A model generated the notes under the pieces. It saw only the letters and a program-made list of their open reading frames with translations. It was not told the origin of the DNA and ran no database searches. Of a stretch of 64,000 nucleotides of DNA, positions 8,763 to 18,164 are shown piece after piece (position 1 is the stretch's first letter; every line of letters begins with the position of its first letter). Made by a program: the position numbers and the translations under genes. The stretch lies in assembly GCA_937942875.1 (NCBI GenBank), contig CALEBT010000044.1, forward strand, positions 1,677 to 65,676, read 5' to 3'. The stretch comes from an uncultured Ignavibacterium sp. Lineage in GTDB: Bacteria > Bacteroidota > Ignavibacteria > Ignavibacteriales > Ignavibacteriaceae.

Positions 8763-11207
8763 ATGAAAAGCACAGAAATTGCGGTCAAAATTCAACCTCA
8801 TACTAACAATATTATTGATGATTTACCTGAAATTTTGCCGGTTCTTCCTCTAAGAGATATTGTAATTTATCCATATATGATATTTCCGGTACTGGTTGGA
8901 AGAGAACAATCTATAAAAGCTGCCAATTTTGCAGTTGAGTCAACTAAATATATTTTTTTAGCAACACAGATTAAATCTCATATAGAAGATCCTCAACCTT
9001 CAGATATTTATGTTGATGGAACAATAGCTAAAATTGTTCAAATCTTAAAGTTGCCGAACGGATTGATGAAAATTCTTGTAGATGGATTAATTCAGGGCAG
9101 AATTATCGGCTTCACAAACAGAAAAGAGTTTTTTGAAGCAAAAGTTGAAGCAGTTGTTCCTGAAATTGAATATGATTCTGAAATGAATGCACTGCTTCGG
9201 CAAATGACTCAAATGTTCAAAGATTATGTTAAAATCAGCAGACATGTTCCAAATGACACAATAGCTGCTTTTGATAACATTGAAGAGCCCGACAGAAAAC
9301 TTTTTTATGCTGCAGCAAATATTATTCAACCAATTGAAGTAAAACAGTCTTTGCTTCAAAAAAGAAATGTTAAAGAACAATATTACGAACTGATTAAAAT
9401 TCTCAATACTGAAATAAGCATACTTAAAATTGAAAAAGAAATTGATACAAAAGTACAGGAGAACATTGCCCGTTCTCAAAGGAAATTTATCATACAGGAG
9501 CAAATAAAAATTTTGCAGGATGAATTGGGAGACGATGAAGAAGTCAATCCGGAATTTGCAAAACTTCGCGAATCGATAAAAAAAGCTAAAATGCCAAAAG
9601 ATGTTGAAGAGAAAGCATTAGAAGAACTAAACAAATTTAAGAAAACTCCTCCAATGTCTCCTGAATCAACGGTAATAAGAAATTATCTTGAATGGTTGAT
9701 TTCATTGCCTTGGACAAAACGGACAAAAGATAATCTTAATATCAATCACGTTCAGAAAATTCTTGATGAAGATCATTTCGGTTTAGAAAAACCCAAAAGC
9801 AGAATTGTTGAACACATCGCTGTTTTGAATTTAGTCAAGCAAATGAAAGGTCAGATTTTATGTCTCGTCGGACCTCCGGGAGTAGGGAAAACCTCTTTGG
9901 CTAAATCAATTGCCCGTGCACTGGGAAGAAAATTTGTAAGAATAAGTCTCGGTGGGGTTAGAGATGAAGCAGAGATACGAGGTCATAGAAAAACTTATAT
10001 TGGTTCTCTTCCAGGTAAAATAATTCAATCTATGAAAAGAGCCGGAACAATAAACCCGGTAATTCTGCTTGAGGAGATTGACAAAATGAGTATGGATTTC
10101 AGAGGAGATCCTTCTTCAGCAATGCTTGAAGTTTTAGACCCTGAACAAAATAATTCGTTTAACGATCATTATCTCGAAGTAGATTATGATTTAAGTCAGG
10201 TATTATTTATCACTACTGCGAATGTTCGTTATAATATTCCACTTCCACTACAAGACAGAATGGAAATAATTGAACTGCCAGGATACCTCGAAACCGATAA
10301 ACTTGAAATTGCAAAAAGACATATCATTCCGAAACAATTATCAGCTCACGGACTTAATAGAAAAGAGGTTATCTTCACTGATGATGCAATTCTTAAAATA
10401 ATCAGAGAATACACGCGTGAATCAGGTGTTAGAAATCTTGAAAGAGAAATAGCAACTATCTGCAGAAAAATTGCCAAAGAAATTGTTCTGAAAAAACAGA
10501 ATAATGGCAAATCTGCAAAGAGTCAGAAATTTATTGTCGAAGCAGACAAAATTGAAGATTATCTTAAAATTCCAAAATTCCGTTCATTAAAACATCAAAA
10601 GATTAACAAAGTCGGAAGCGTAACTGGTCTGGCTTGGACAAGCACTGGAGGTGAGATTCTGAGTGTTGAAGCTTCTATTATGAATGGACCGGGTAAACTA
10701 ACTTTAACTGGTCAGCTAGGGAATGTAATGAAAGAATCTGCTCACGCTTCCTTAAGTTACATTCGTTCACACGCCAGAGAATTAGACCTGAACCCGGATT
10801 TTTTCAAGGGCAGAGAAATACATATTCACTTACCTGAGGGAGCAATACCTAAAGACGGACCTTCGGCAGGAATTGCAATGACTATGGCAATCTTATCAGC
10901 CGTTTCCAATATTCCTGCTTCAAGTAATGTTGCTATGACAGGTGAAATTACTTTAACCGGTTCCGTTCTTGCTATCGGAGGTTTGACAGAAAAACTATTA
11001 GCCGCTAAAAGAAATGAAATTGAAACGGTTTTGATTCCAAAAGAAAATGAAATTGACCTAAAAGAAATTCCTGAAGAAGTAAAATCTAATTTGAATATCG
11101 TTTTGATTTCAAAGATTGAGGAAGCAATTGATTATGTTTTCCCAAATTACAGGAAGCAATTAAAAATTAAGAATAATAATGCAAGAAAAATTTCAAGTAA
11201 AAAATAA
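8763..11207 (+). CDS. lon: ATP-dependent Lon protease
   Basis: LON N-domain, GPPGVGKT Walker A, PKDGPSAG catalytic Ser. Confidence 0.97.
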   Translation: MKSTEIAVKIQPHTNNIIDDLPEILPVLPLRDIVIYPYMIFPVLVGREQSIKAANFAVESTKYIFLATQIKSHIEDPQPSDIYVDGTIAKIVQILKLPNGLMKILVDGLIQGRIIGFTNRKEFFEAKVEAVVPEIEYDSEMNALLRQMTQMFKDYVKISRHVPNDTIAAFDNIEEPDRKLFYAAANIIQPIEVKQSLLQKRNVKEQYYELIKILNTEISILKIEKEIDTKVQENIARSQRKFIIQEQIKILQDELGDDEEVNPEFAKLRESIKKAKMPKDVEEKALEELNKFKKTPPMSPESTVIRNYLEWLISLPWTKRTKDNLNINHVQKILDEDHFGLEKPKSRIVEHIAVLNLVKQMKGQILCLVGPPGVGKTSLAKSIARALGRKFVRISLGGVRDEAEIRGHRKTYIGSLPGKIIQSMKRAGTINPVILLEEIDKMSMDFRGDPSSAMLEVLDPEQNNSFNDHYLEVDYDLSQVLFITTANVRYNIPLPLQDRMEIIELPGYLETDKLEIAKRHIIPKQLSAHGLNRKEVIFTDDAILKIIREYTRESGVRNLEREIATICRKIAKEIVLKKQNNGKSAKSQKFIVEADKIEDYLKIPKFRSLKHQKINKVGSVTGLAWTSTGGEILSVEASIMNGPGKLTLTGQLGNVMKESAHASLSYIRSHARELDLNPDFFKGREIHIHLPEGAIPKDGPSAGIAMTMAILSAVSNIPASSNVAMTGEITLTGSVLAIGGLTEKLLAAKRNEIETVLIPKENEIDLKEIPEEVKSNLNIVLISKIEEAIDYVFPNYRKQLKIKNNNARKISSKK

Positions 11208-11715
11208 TGTTCCGAAAAAGGATTCTTATTCGCTTTTAATTTCACAGATTAGTCTATTGATAAATCCTGAAGAAAAGCTTATTAGTAACCTTTCAAATCT
11301 CTGTGCTGCTATTATGCAAACTTTCCCAAGATTTAATTGGGTGGGATTTTACATAAGAGAATCAGAACATCTTTATTTAGGACCTTTTCAGGGAAAAGTT
11401 GCTTGCACAAAAATAGAAATTGGAAAAGGAGTTTGCGGAACTTCAGCTGCTAAAAAAGAAACTATTATTGTTCCAAATGTTTATGAATTTCCAGGGCACA
11501 TATTCTGTGACTCTGATTCAAAATCTGAAATAGTCGTTCCAATTGTCATAAATGATTATGTCTGGGGAGTTTTAGATATAGATTCACCCGAATTCAGCAC
11601 CTTTGATGAAACAGATAAAAAATACTTAGAAGAAATAATCGAACACTTAAAAACTTTAATCTTAAAATATGAGTTATTTAGTAACAGCGAGAAAATGGCG
11701 TCCGCAAAGATTTGA
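11179..11715 (+). CDS. msrC: GAF-domain free methionine-(R)-sulfoxide reductase (fRMsr/YebR)
   Basis: NWVGFY, LGPFQG..AC, GVCG, HIFCD..SKSEIVVP motifs. Confidence 0.8.
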   Translation: MQEKFQVKNNVPKKDSYSLLISQISLLINPEEKLISNLSNLCAAIMQTFPRFNWVGFYIRESEHLYLGPFQGKVACTKIEIGKGVCGTSAAKKETIIVPNVYEFPGHIFCDSDSKSEIVVPIVINDYVWGVLDIDSPEFSTFDETDKKYLEEIIEHLKTLILKYELFSNSEKMASAKI

Positions 11716-13273
11716 CGAAGTTGTCGGACAGGACCACATAACAACCACGTTAAAAAATGCACTTAGGTCTAATCGTTTGGCTCACGCTTACATATTCACC
11801 GGCTCGCGGGGAGTTGGAAAAACAACAACTGCGAGAATACTTGCAAAAGCAATTAATTGCCTTAATCCAGTTGATTTTGAACCCTGTAATCAATGTGCTG
11901 TTTGTAAATCAATAAATGATTTTCAATCATTAGATATAATTGAAATTGATGGTGCTTCAAACAGAGGAATTGATGATATAAGAAATTTACGAGAATCTGT
12001 GCGATACGCTCCAACTGTTGGTAAATACAAAGTCTATATAATAGACGAAGTTCATATGCTTACAACGGAATCATTCAATGCTTTTCTTAAGACTCTTGAG
12101 GAACCACCTTCCCATACAATTTTTATTTTTGCTACTACTGATATTCATAAGGTTCCTTTAACAATAATATCCAGATGCCAGCGATTTGATTTCAGAAGAA
12201 TAAATCTTAACATAATTAAAGAGCAACTTAAAAAAATTGCTGAATCAGAAAATATTAAAATTAACGATAAGGCTTTGACAATAATTGCAAAAAAAGCTGA
12301 TGGAGCAATGCGTGATGCTCAGAGTTTTTTTGATCAGGTTGTAGCTTTTTGTGGTAATGAAGTTGATGCTGACACTGTTGCAAAGATTCTGAACATAATC
12401 GACCAGGAAATTTTCTTTAAAGTTTCTGACGCAATTATCGAAAAGAATTTTCAAGCAGCTTTTGATGTTATTGATTTAATACATAAGAGTGGTTGGGATT
12501 TTACAGATTTTTTAGAAGGTCTTGTTGAACATTTCAGAAATATATTATCTGTCCTGATTACTGAAAAAACTGATTTACTTGAAACAGCCGAAATTTATGT
12601 GCCGAAATACAATGCTTATCTTAATAGTTACAGTCAAAGCGATGTCCTCCGAATTTTGAATTTCTTAATTAAAAATCAATCTGAACTTAAATTTTCGAAT
12701 AATAAAAAAGTTAAAGTAGAGATTATTCTTTCTCATCTGATTGGATTGCAAAACTCGGTAACTATTTCAGAGATAATCAATGAAATTCAGAAAGATTCCG
12801 ATGATTCTCCTTTAGAAAAAAAAAAGCCATTAGAAATTAAGCCAGAGAAATCTGGAACAAACTTAAAAGTAAAATCAGAAGAGCAGAAGAAATCCGAGAA
12901 TGAATTACAGAATTCTGAAGTGACAATTATTAATCAAAACTTTGAAAATAGCTGGCAAATATTTGTAGATGAAGTTGCAAAAGAGAAAGCCCTCGTTTTA
13001 GGTTCATTAGTCAGATCTTTGAAACCCGAAAAAATTGAGAATAATACTATCTTTTTGAAAGACGTTGAACAGGAGGCAAAAGAAATTCTTGAACTAAATA
13101 ATGATTTTATTGAAAAAAAGTTAAAATCTGTATTTGGTAAGAAAATGAAATTCGAGTTTTCCTTTTATACGAAAAAACTTCCCGTTACTAATACAAATTC
13201 TGAAAACAGGAATTATTCTAATCCAATCGAAAAAATCATAATTGAGGAGCTTGGAGGGAAAAAAATTCTATAA
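11669..13273 (+). CDS. dnaX: DNA polymerase III subunit tau/gamma
   Basis: ARKWRPQ.F, GSRGVGKT, Zn motif C...C..C..C, DEVHML, SRC. Confidence 0.97.
   Translation: MSYLVTARKWRPQRFDEVVGQDHITTTLKNALRSNRLAHAYIFTGSRGVGKTTTARILAKAINCLNPVDFEPCNQCAVCKSINDFQSLDIIEIDGASNRGIDDIRNLRESVRYAPTVGKYKVYIIDEVHMLTTESFNAFLKTLEEPPSHTIFIFATTDIHKVPLTIISRCQRFDFRRINLNIIKEQLKKIAESENIKINDKALTIIAKKADGAMRDAQSFFDQVVAFCGNEVDADTVAKILNIIDQEIFFKVSDAIIEKNFQAAFDVIDLIHKSGWDFTDFLEGLVEHFRNILSVLITEKTDLLETAEIYVPKYNAYLNSYSQSDVLRILNFLIKNQSELKFSNNKKVKVEIILSHLIGLQNSVTISEIINEIQKDSDDSPLEKKKPLEIKPEKSGTNLKVKSEEQKKSENELQNSEVTIINQNFENSWQIFVDEVAKEKALVLGSLVRSLKPEKIENNTIFLKDVEQEAKEILELNNDFIEKKLKSVFGKKMKFEFSFYTKKLPVTNTNSENRNYSNPIEKIIIEELGGKKIL
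12815..12840 (+). other. Putative recoding site in dnaX: A10 run / A_AAA_AAG with nearby stops in both shifted frames
   Basis: GAA AAA AAA AAG (codons 383-386); -1 frame GCC ATT AGA AAT TAA; +1 frame AGC CAT TAG. Confidence 0.65.
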
Positions 13274-13322
13274 ATCCTTATTTTTTCTTAAGTTAAAATT
13301 TTCCTTAAAGCTCTAAAATATC

Positions 13323-13330
13323 TATATTTG
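13323..13330 (+). promoter_or_regulatory. Putative TATATTTG promoter box for cmk-rpsA
   Basis: TAnnTTTG match ending 6 nt before the cmk ATG. Confidence 0.5.
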
Positions 13331-13336
13331 CATTCT

Positions 13337-14017
13337 ATGATGGATAAACTAATTGTTGCAATTGATGGACCTGCAAGTTCCGGTAAAAGCACTACGGCAA
13401 AGCTTTTAGCAGAAAAACTTGGTTATCTATATATTGATACCGGAGCTATGTATAGAGCTATCACTCTTCTGGCTATTCGTCATAAAATTTTGGATAATCA
13501 GGAAGCAATTATCAGGCTAGCTAAAGAATCTGATATTCAACTGAGATTTGAAAAGGGTCAAACATCTGTATTTGTTGATGGAATTGATGTAAGTGAAGAA
13601 ATCCGCTCGATGGAAGTGAGTAAACAAGTTAGCCCAGTTAGTAAGATAGAAGAAGTCAGAAAAATTATGGTGCAAAAACAGAGATTGATGGGGGAAAAAG
13701 GTGGTGTGGTTATGGAAGGACGTGACATTACGACGGTGGTTTTTCCTGATGCTGATGTTAAAATTTTCTTAAATGCTACTATTGAAGAAAGAGCAAATAG
13801 AAGAGTTAAAGAATATCATTCAAAAGGTATTGACATCAGCTTAGATCAGGTAATTGAAAATATCAGAGAAAGAGATAGAATTGATTCAAGTCGGGAAATA
13901 AGTCCATTGAAGAAAAGTGAAGATGCAATTGAAATCGATACTACAAATCTGACTATTGATGAACAAGTTAATCTGATTTTACAAAAAGTTAAAGAAATAA
14001 TATCAAATAGAAATTAA
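13337..14017 (+). CDS. cmk: Cytidylate kinase
   Basis: AIDGPASSGKST, DTGAMYR, EGRDI; start moved from TTG 13328 to ATG 13337 (ATG 13340 also possible). Confidence 0.95.
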   Translation: MMDKLIVAIDGPASSGKSTTAKLLAEKLGYLYIDTGAMYRAITLLAIRHKILDNQEAIIRLAKESDIQLRFEKGQTSVFVDGIDVSEEIRSMEVSKQVSPVSKIEEVRKIMVQKQRLMGEKGGVVMEGRDITTVVFPDADVKIFLNATIEERANRRVKEYHSKGIDISLDQVIENIRERDRIDSSREISPLKKSEDAIEIDTTNLTIDEQVNLILQKVKEIISNRN

Positions 14018-14114
14018 ATTTTTTAGCCGGCAAATAATCAATGTTAAACTAATCACTGTTTTTTATAATTATCCGGCTTGATTATAAAATACAGTAAAAA
14101 TTATAGGAGGATTA

Positions 14115-15926
14115 ATGTCCGAAAAAAATGAAACGACTTTCAGCTCAGTGACTTCCGATGAAATTGAGAAAGCAAAAGTAAAATATCAACACGATCAGTA
14201 TTCCAATGAAGAGTTTGCCACTTTAGCAAAACTTTATTCTGAATCATTCAGAGATGTTAAAGAAGGTGAACTTGTCAAAGGAAAAATTGTCAGAATCCAA
14301 GAAGATAATGTGATAGTTGACATTGGATTTAAATCAGAAGGTGTAATACCGAAAAGCGAATTTACCCCCGAAGCAGAACTAAAAGTTGGACAAACAGTAG
14401 AAGTTGTTTTGCAAAGTGTTGAAGACAAAGATGGAAATCTGGTTTTAAGCAAACAAAGAGCAGATTTCTTGAGAGTCTGGGAGAAAGTAATTAATGCCTA
14501 TAACACCGGCGAAATTCTCAGAGGGAAAATTATTAAAAGAATTAAAGGTGGAATGGTAGTTGACCTTATGGGGTTAGAAGCATTTTTACCTGGTTCTCAA
14601 ATCGACGTAAAACCTATCAGGGATTTTGATGCATTCGTTGGTCAGGATATGGATTTTAAAGTAGTAAAAGTTAATGAGCCAAACGAAAATGTGGTTGTTT
14701 CTCATAAGGTTTTAATTGAAGAAGAAATGGCTGATCAAAGATTGGCTATCTTACAAGGATTAGAAAAAGGACAAATTCTTGAAGGTACAGTTAAAGCAAT
14801 TACTGATTTTGGTGTTTTCGTTGATTTAGGCGGTGTAGATGGTTTAATTCACATTACAGATTTAAGTTGGGGAAGAATAAATCATCCTAATGAAGTTGTA
14901 AAACTTGACGAAGTTATTAAAGTTGTTGTTACTGAATTTGATGAAGAAAAGAAAAGAATATCTTTATCACTCAAAAAATTATTACCTCATCCCTGGGAAA
15001 ATATTGAAGAAAGATTTAAGGTAGGTGATAAAGTTTCCGGAAGAGTAGTATCTCTTACAGAATACGGAGCATTTATTGAAGTTGAAAAAGGTATTGAAGG
15101 TTTAATTCATAATTCAGAAATGAGTTGGACTCAACACATCAAACATCCAAGTCAGGTTGTCTCAATGGGTCAAATGGTTGAAGCTGTTATTTTGAGCTTG
15201 GATAAAGACGAGAAAAAAATATCTCTGGGTATAAAACAGTTAGAACCAGATCCCTGGCAGACTTTATTGCAAAAATATCCTGTTAATTCGCGTCACACTG
15301 GTATCGCAAGAAATCTTACAAACTTTGGGGTGTTTGTTGAGCTTGAGCCTGGAGTTGATGGACTTATACACATATCCGACCTTTCCTGGACCAAGAAAAT
15401 TAGACATCCCGGTGAAGTTGTAAAGAAAAACGAAAAGATTGATGTTATAGTTTTGAATGTGGATGTTGAGCAAAGGAAAATTTCATTAGGACACAAACAA
15501 ATTACAGAAAATCCCTGGCCAAATTTCGAAAAACTATACTCGGTCGGTAAACTAACCACCGGAAAAGTTGTCAGAATCATTGAAAAAGGCTTAATTGCTG
15601 AGCTTCCAGAAAAAGTTGATGGATTTGTACCGACTACTCAATTAACTACCAGAAAGATAAAAAACATCGCTCCTCATTTTCCAATTGATTCAGAATTACC
15701 GTTAAAAGTGATTGAATTTGATAAAGATAGCAAGAAGATAGTACTCAGTGCTTTAGCTGCTCTGAAGGAAAAATCGGAAGATGAAATACAAAACTATATA
15801 AATACTTTTAAGTTAGATAAAGAGACCGTTGCGAATATAAAAAACTCAGAGACGGGGGCTATTGATACTACTGATTTCCCGATTTTTGAAGATTCAACAG
15901 AAGAAGTTAAAACCGAAAATAAATAG
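14115..15926 (+). CDS. rpsA: 30S ribosomal protein S1
   Basis: Six S1 repeats (FG.FV.L..G.DGLIHI.DLSW); cmk-rpsA synteny; GGAGG SD. Confidence 0.97.
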   Translation: MSEKNETTFSSVTSDEIEKAKVKYQHDQYSNEEFATLAKLYSESFRDVKEGELVKGKIVRIQEDNVIVDIGFKSEGVIPKSEFTPEAELKVGQTVEVVLQSVEDKDGNLVLSKQRADFLRVWEKVINAYNTGEILRGKIIKRIKGGMVVDLMGLEAFLPGSQIDVKPIRDFDAFVGQDMDFKVVKVNEPNENVVVSHKVLIEEEMADQRLAILQGLEKGQILEGTVKAITDFGVFVDLGGVDGLIHITDLSWGRINHPNEVVKLDEVIKVVVTEFDEEKKRISLSLKKLLPHPWENIEERFKVGDKVSGRVVSLTEYGAFIEVEKGIEGLIHNSEMSWTQHIKHPSQVVSMGQMVEAVILSLDKDEKKISLGIKQLEPDPWQTLLQKYPVNSRHTGIARNLTNFGVFVELEPGVDGLIHISDLSWTKKIRHPGEVVKKNEKIDVIVLNVDVEQRKISLGHKQITENPWPNFEKLYSVGKLTTGKVVRIIEKGLIAELPEKVDGFVPTTQLTTRKIKNIAPHFPIDSELPLKVIEFDKDSKKIVLSALAALKEKSEDEIQNYINTFKLDKETVANIKNSETGAIDTTDFPIFEDSTEEVKTENK

Positions 15927-15947
15927 TACATAATATTAAATTTCCTC

Positions 15948-15988
15948 GAGGCTGTTCTTGTAAATAAGTTTATAAGACAGCCTCTTTT
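15948..15988 (+). terminator. Intrinsic terminator after rpsA
   Basis: GAGGCTGT(T)CTTGTAAA-TAAG-TTTATAAGACAGCCTC-TTTT. Confidence 0.7.
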
Positions 15989-15991
15989 AAT

Positions 15992-17320
15992 ATGAATATG
16001 AATAAGACTGTTGCTTTACATACGCTTGGATGCAAACTCAATTTTTCTGAGACTTCAGCAATTGCCAACCAATTCATTAAGAATGGTTATTCAGTAATTG
16101 ACTTTGATAAAAAAGCAGATGTTTATGTTTTTAATACTTGTACTGTCACTGAAAATGCCGAAAAAGAATGCAGACAAATTGTTAGAAGAGCTTTAAGAAT
16201 TAATCCTGATGCTTATGTAATTGTAACCGGATGTTATGCTCAACTTCGTCCTGAAGAAATAGCAGAAATCGAAGGTGTTAATGCTGTTCTTGGCAGTGAA
16301 GAGAAATTTAAAGTTTTTGAAATATTAAATGATTTAAATAAAACTGATGTTTCCTGCATTTTCGTTTCTCCAACAGAATCCTTAAATGGATTTGGAAAAG
16401 CTGTCAGTAGTGAGAATGTTAATCGTACCAGAGCCTTTTTCAAAATACAAGATGGTTGTGATTATAAATGTTCGTTTTGTACTATCCCGCTTGCAAGAGG
16501 GAAAAGCAGAAGTATGGAAACAGACGAACTTCTAAAGGAATTCAAAAAAATAATTGATGATGGTTATAAAGAAATTATTTTAACTGGTGTAAATGTCGGA
16601 GACTACAAAACAAGTTCTGGAAACAATTTACTTAATGTTTTAGAAAAATTGATTAAAGTTGAAGGTGACTTCAGAATTCGCATTTCATCTATTGAACCTA
16701 ATTTACTGTCAGATGAAATAGTTCATATTACAGCAGAATCAAACAAAATTTGCAAGCATTTTCACATTCCTTTACAAAGCGGAAGTAATGAAGTACTAAA
16801 GAAAATGCAGAGAAGATATACAGTTGAAGATTACAGTACTTTAATAAATAAGATTAAAAAACTTATGCCCCATTCAGGAATTGGAATTGATGTAATTGTT
16901 GGTTTCCCTGGTGAAAGCGATATACTTTTTGAGGAAACGTACAAATTTCTTTCAGGTTTAGCTTTCTCATATTTACACGTTTTTACTTATTCAGAAAGAC
17001 CATTCACTAAAGCAATCTCATTGAGCGGAAGAGTAAAAGTAGATGAAAGAAGGAAAAGAAATCAGTTATTAAGGTCTTTAAGTGAACAAAAGAAAAATGA
17101 TTTTTACAAATCTATGTTAGGAACAAGACAAACAGTTTTGTTTGAAAGTGAAAACCATAATGGATTTTTAAAAGGTTTTACATCCAATTACATTAGAGTT
17201 GCTACTGAATTTAATCCTGAGCTTATGAATAAATTTCAAGAAGTTCAACTGAACGAAATAGAAGATGGATTAGTATTTAGTAATCCAGTAGAGATAAAAA
17301 AATACTTTGCTATCAAATAA
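15992..17320 (+). CDS. mtaB: tRNA t6A37 methylthiotransferase
   Basis: TLGCKLNFSE, NTCTVT, radical SAM CDYKCSFC, HVF.YS.R. Confidence 0.9.
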   Translation: MNMNKTVALHTLGCKLNFSETSAIANQFIKNGYSVIDFDKKADVYVFNTCTVTENAEKECRQIVRRALRINPDAYVIVTGCYAQLRPEEIAEIEGVNAVLGSEEKFKVFEILNDLNKTDVSCIFVSPTESLNGFGKAVSSENVNRTRAFFKIQDGCDYKCSFCTIPLARGKSRSMETDELLKEFKKIIDDGYKEIILTGVNVGDYKTSSGNNLLNVLEKLIKVEGDFRIRISSIEPNLLSDEIVHITAESNKICKHFHIPLQSGSNEVLKKMQRRYTVEDYSTLINKIKKLMPHSGIGIDVIVGFPGESDILFEETYKFLSGLAFSYLHVFTYSERPFTKAISLSGRVKVDERRKRNQLLRSLSEQKKNDFYKSMLGTRQTVLFESENHNGFLKGFTSNYIRVATEFNPELMNKFQEVQLNEIEDGLVFSNPVEIKKYFAIK

Positions 17321-17350
17321 TATCAGACTTATTATTCAAATAAAAAATTT

Positions 17351-18100
17351 ATGAATAAAATAAAACTGCAACATTTAATAGTACTGCTTTTTCTGGCACA
17401 GAATCTTTTAATTTCTCAAACAGGACAAAATTCCATACTTTATCTAAAGAATGAATTAAAGAGTATTGACGCCGGGGAAATTTCAACAACACTGGAAATT
17501 TTCAATTCGAATATGCAGCAAAAGAAAAATACAGGTTTAGCAATACTATATTCTTTATTATTACCAGGGATGGGAGAATTGTATGCCGAAGGTTACGACA
17601 GTGGAATTTATTTTACAATTGCCGATGGAGTTTTATGGAGTACAGTTATCGGAATGAATGTTTACGGAAACTGGCAGGAAGATCGTTATAAATCCTATGC
17701 TAAAGTTCACGCAGGAATAGATCCTGATGGAAAAGATAAAGATTTTTTTGCTACTATTAGTGCATATTCAAGCATTGATGATTATAATAACGAAAAAGCT
17801 TTTGAAAGGGACTTTAAATCAATGCTTGATAAGCAAAAATATTATTGGAATTGGAATTCTAATGAAGATAGAAGAACTTACAGAAATATGTGGAGCTCAA
17901 GCGAACAGACATTCAATAATATAAGATTTGCAGTTGGTGGATTAATTTTAAATCGCCTCATCAGTGCTATAAATGCAGTAAGATTAACATCTCGTTACAA
18001 TAAAAAGATAGAAGATGATAATTTGACAATGAATGTTTTTATCCGGAGAAATCTTTTCAATGAAAGTGAATTAACTTTTAATTTTCTGCATAAGTTTTAA
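17351..18100 (+). CDS. Exported/membrane hypothetical protein (DUF5683/TM2-like 'SLLLPG.G.LY' motif)
   Basis: Signal-peptide-like N-terminus, KKNTGLAILYSLLLPGMGELY, C-terminal Phe. Confidence 0.5.
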   Translation: MNKIKLQHLIVLLFLAQNLLISQTGQNSILYLKNELKSIDAGEISTTLEIFNSNMQQKKNTGLAILYSLLLPGMGELYAEGYDSGIYFTIADGVLWSTVIGMNVYGNWQEDRYKSYAKVHAGIDPDGKDKDFFATISAYSSIDDYNNEKAFERDFKSMLDKQKYYWNWNSNEDRRTYRNMWSSSEQTFNNIRFAVGGLILNRLISAINAVRLTSRYNKKIEDDNLTMNVFIRRNLFNESELTFNFLHKF

Positions 18101-18102
18101 GG

Positions 18103-18148
18103 AAAAAGCAACACTCACTCTGCCATCCATGGCTTTGTGAATGTTGCT
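18103..18148 (-). terminator. Intrinsic terminator after cheW with a GGA apical loop
   Basis: Minus strand AGCAACATTCAC-AAA-GCCA-TGGA-TGGC-AGA-GTGAGTGTTGCT-TTTT. Confidence 0.7.
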
Positions 18149-18164
18149 CCCCAGAAAATCATTC

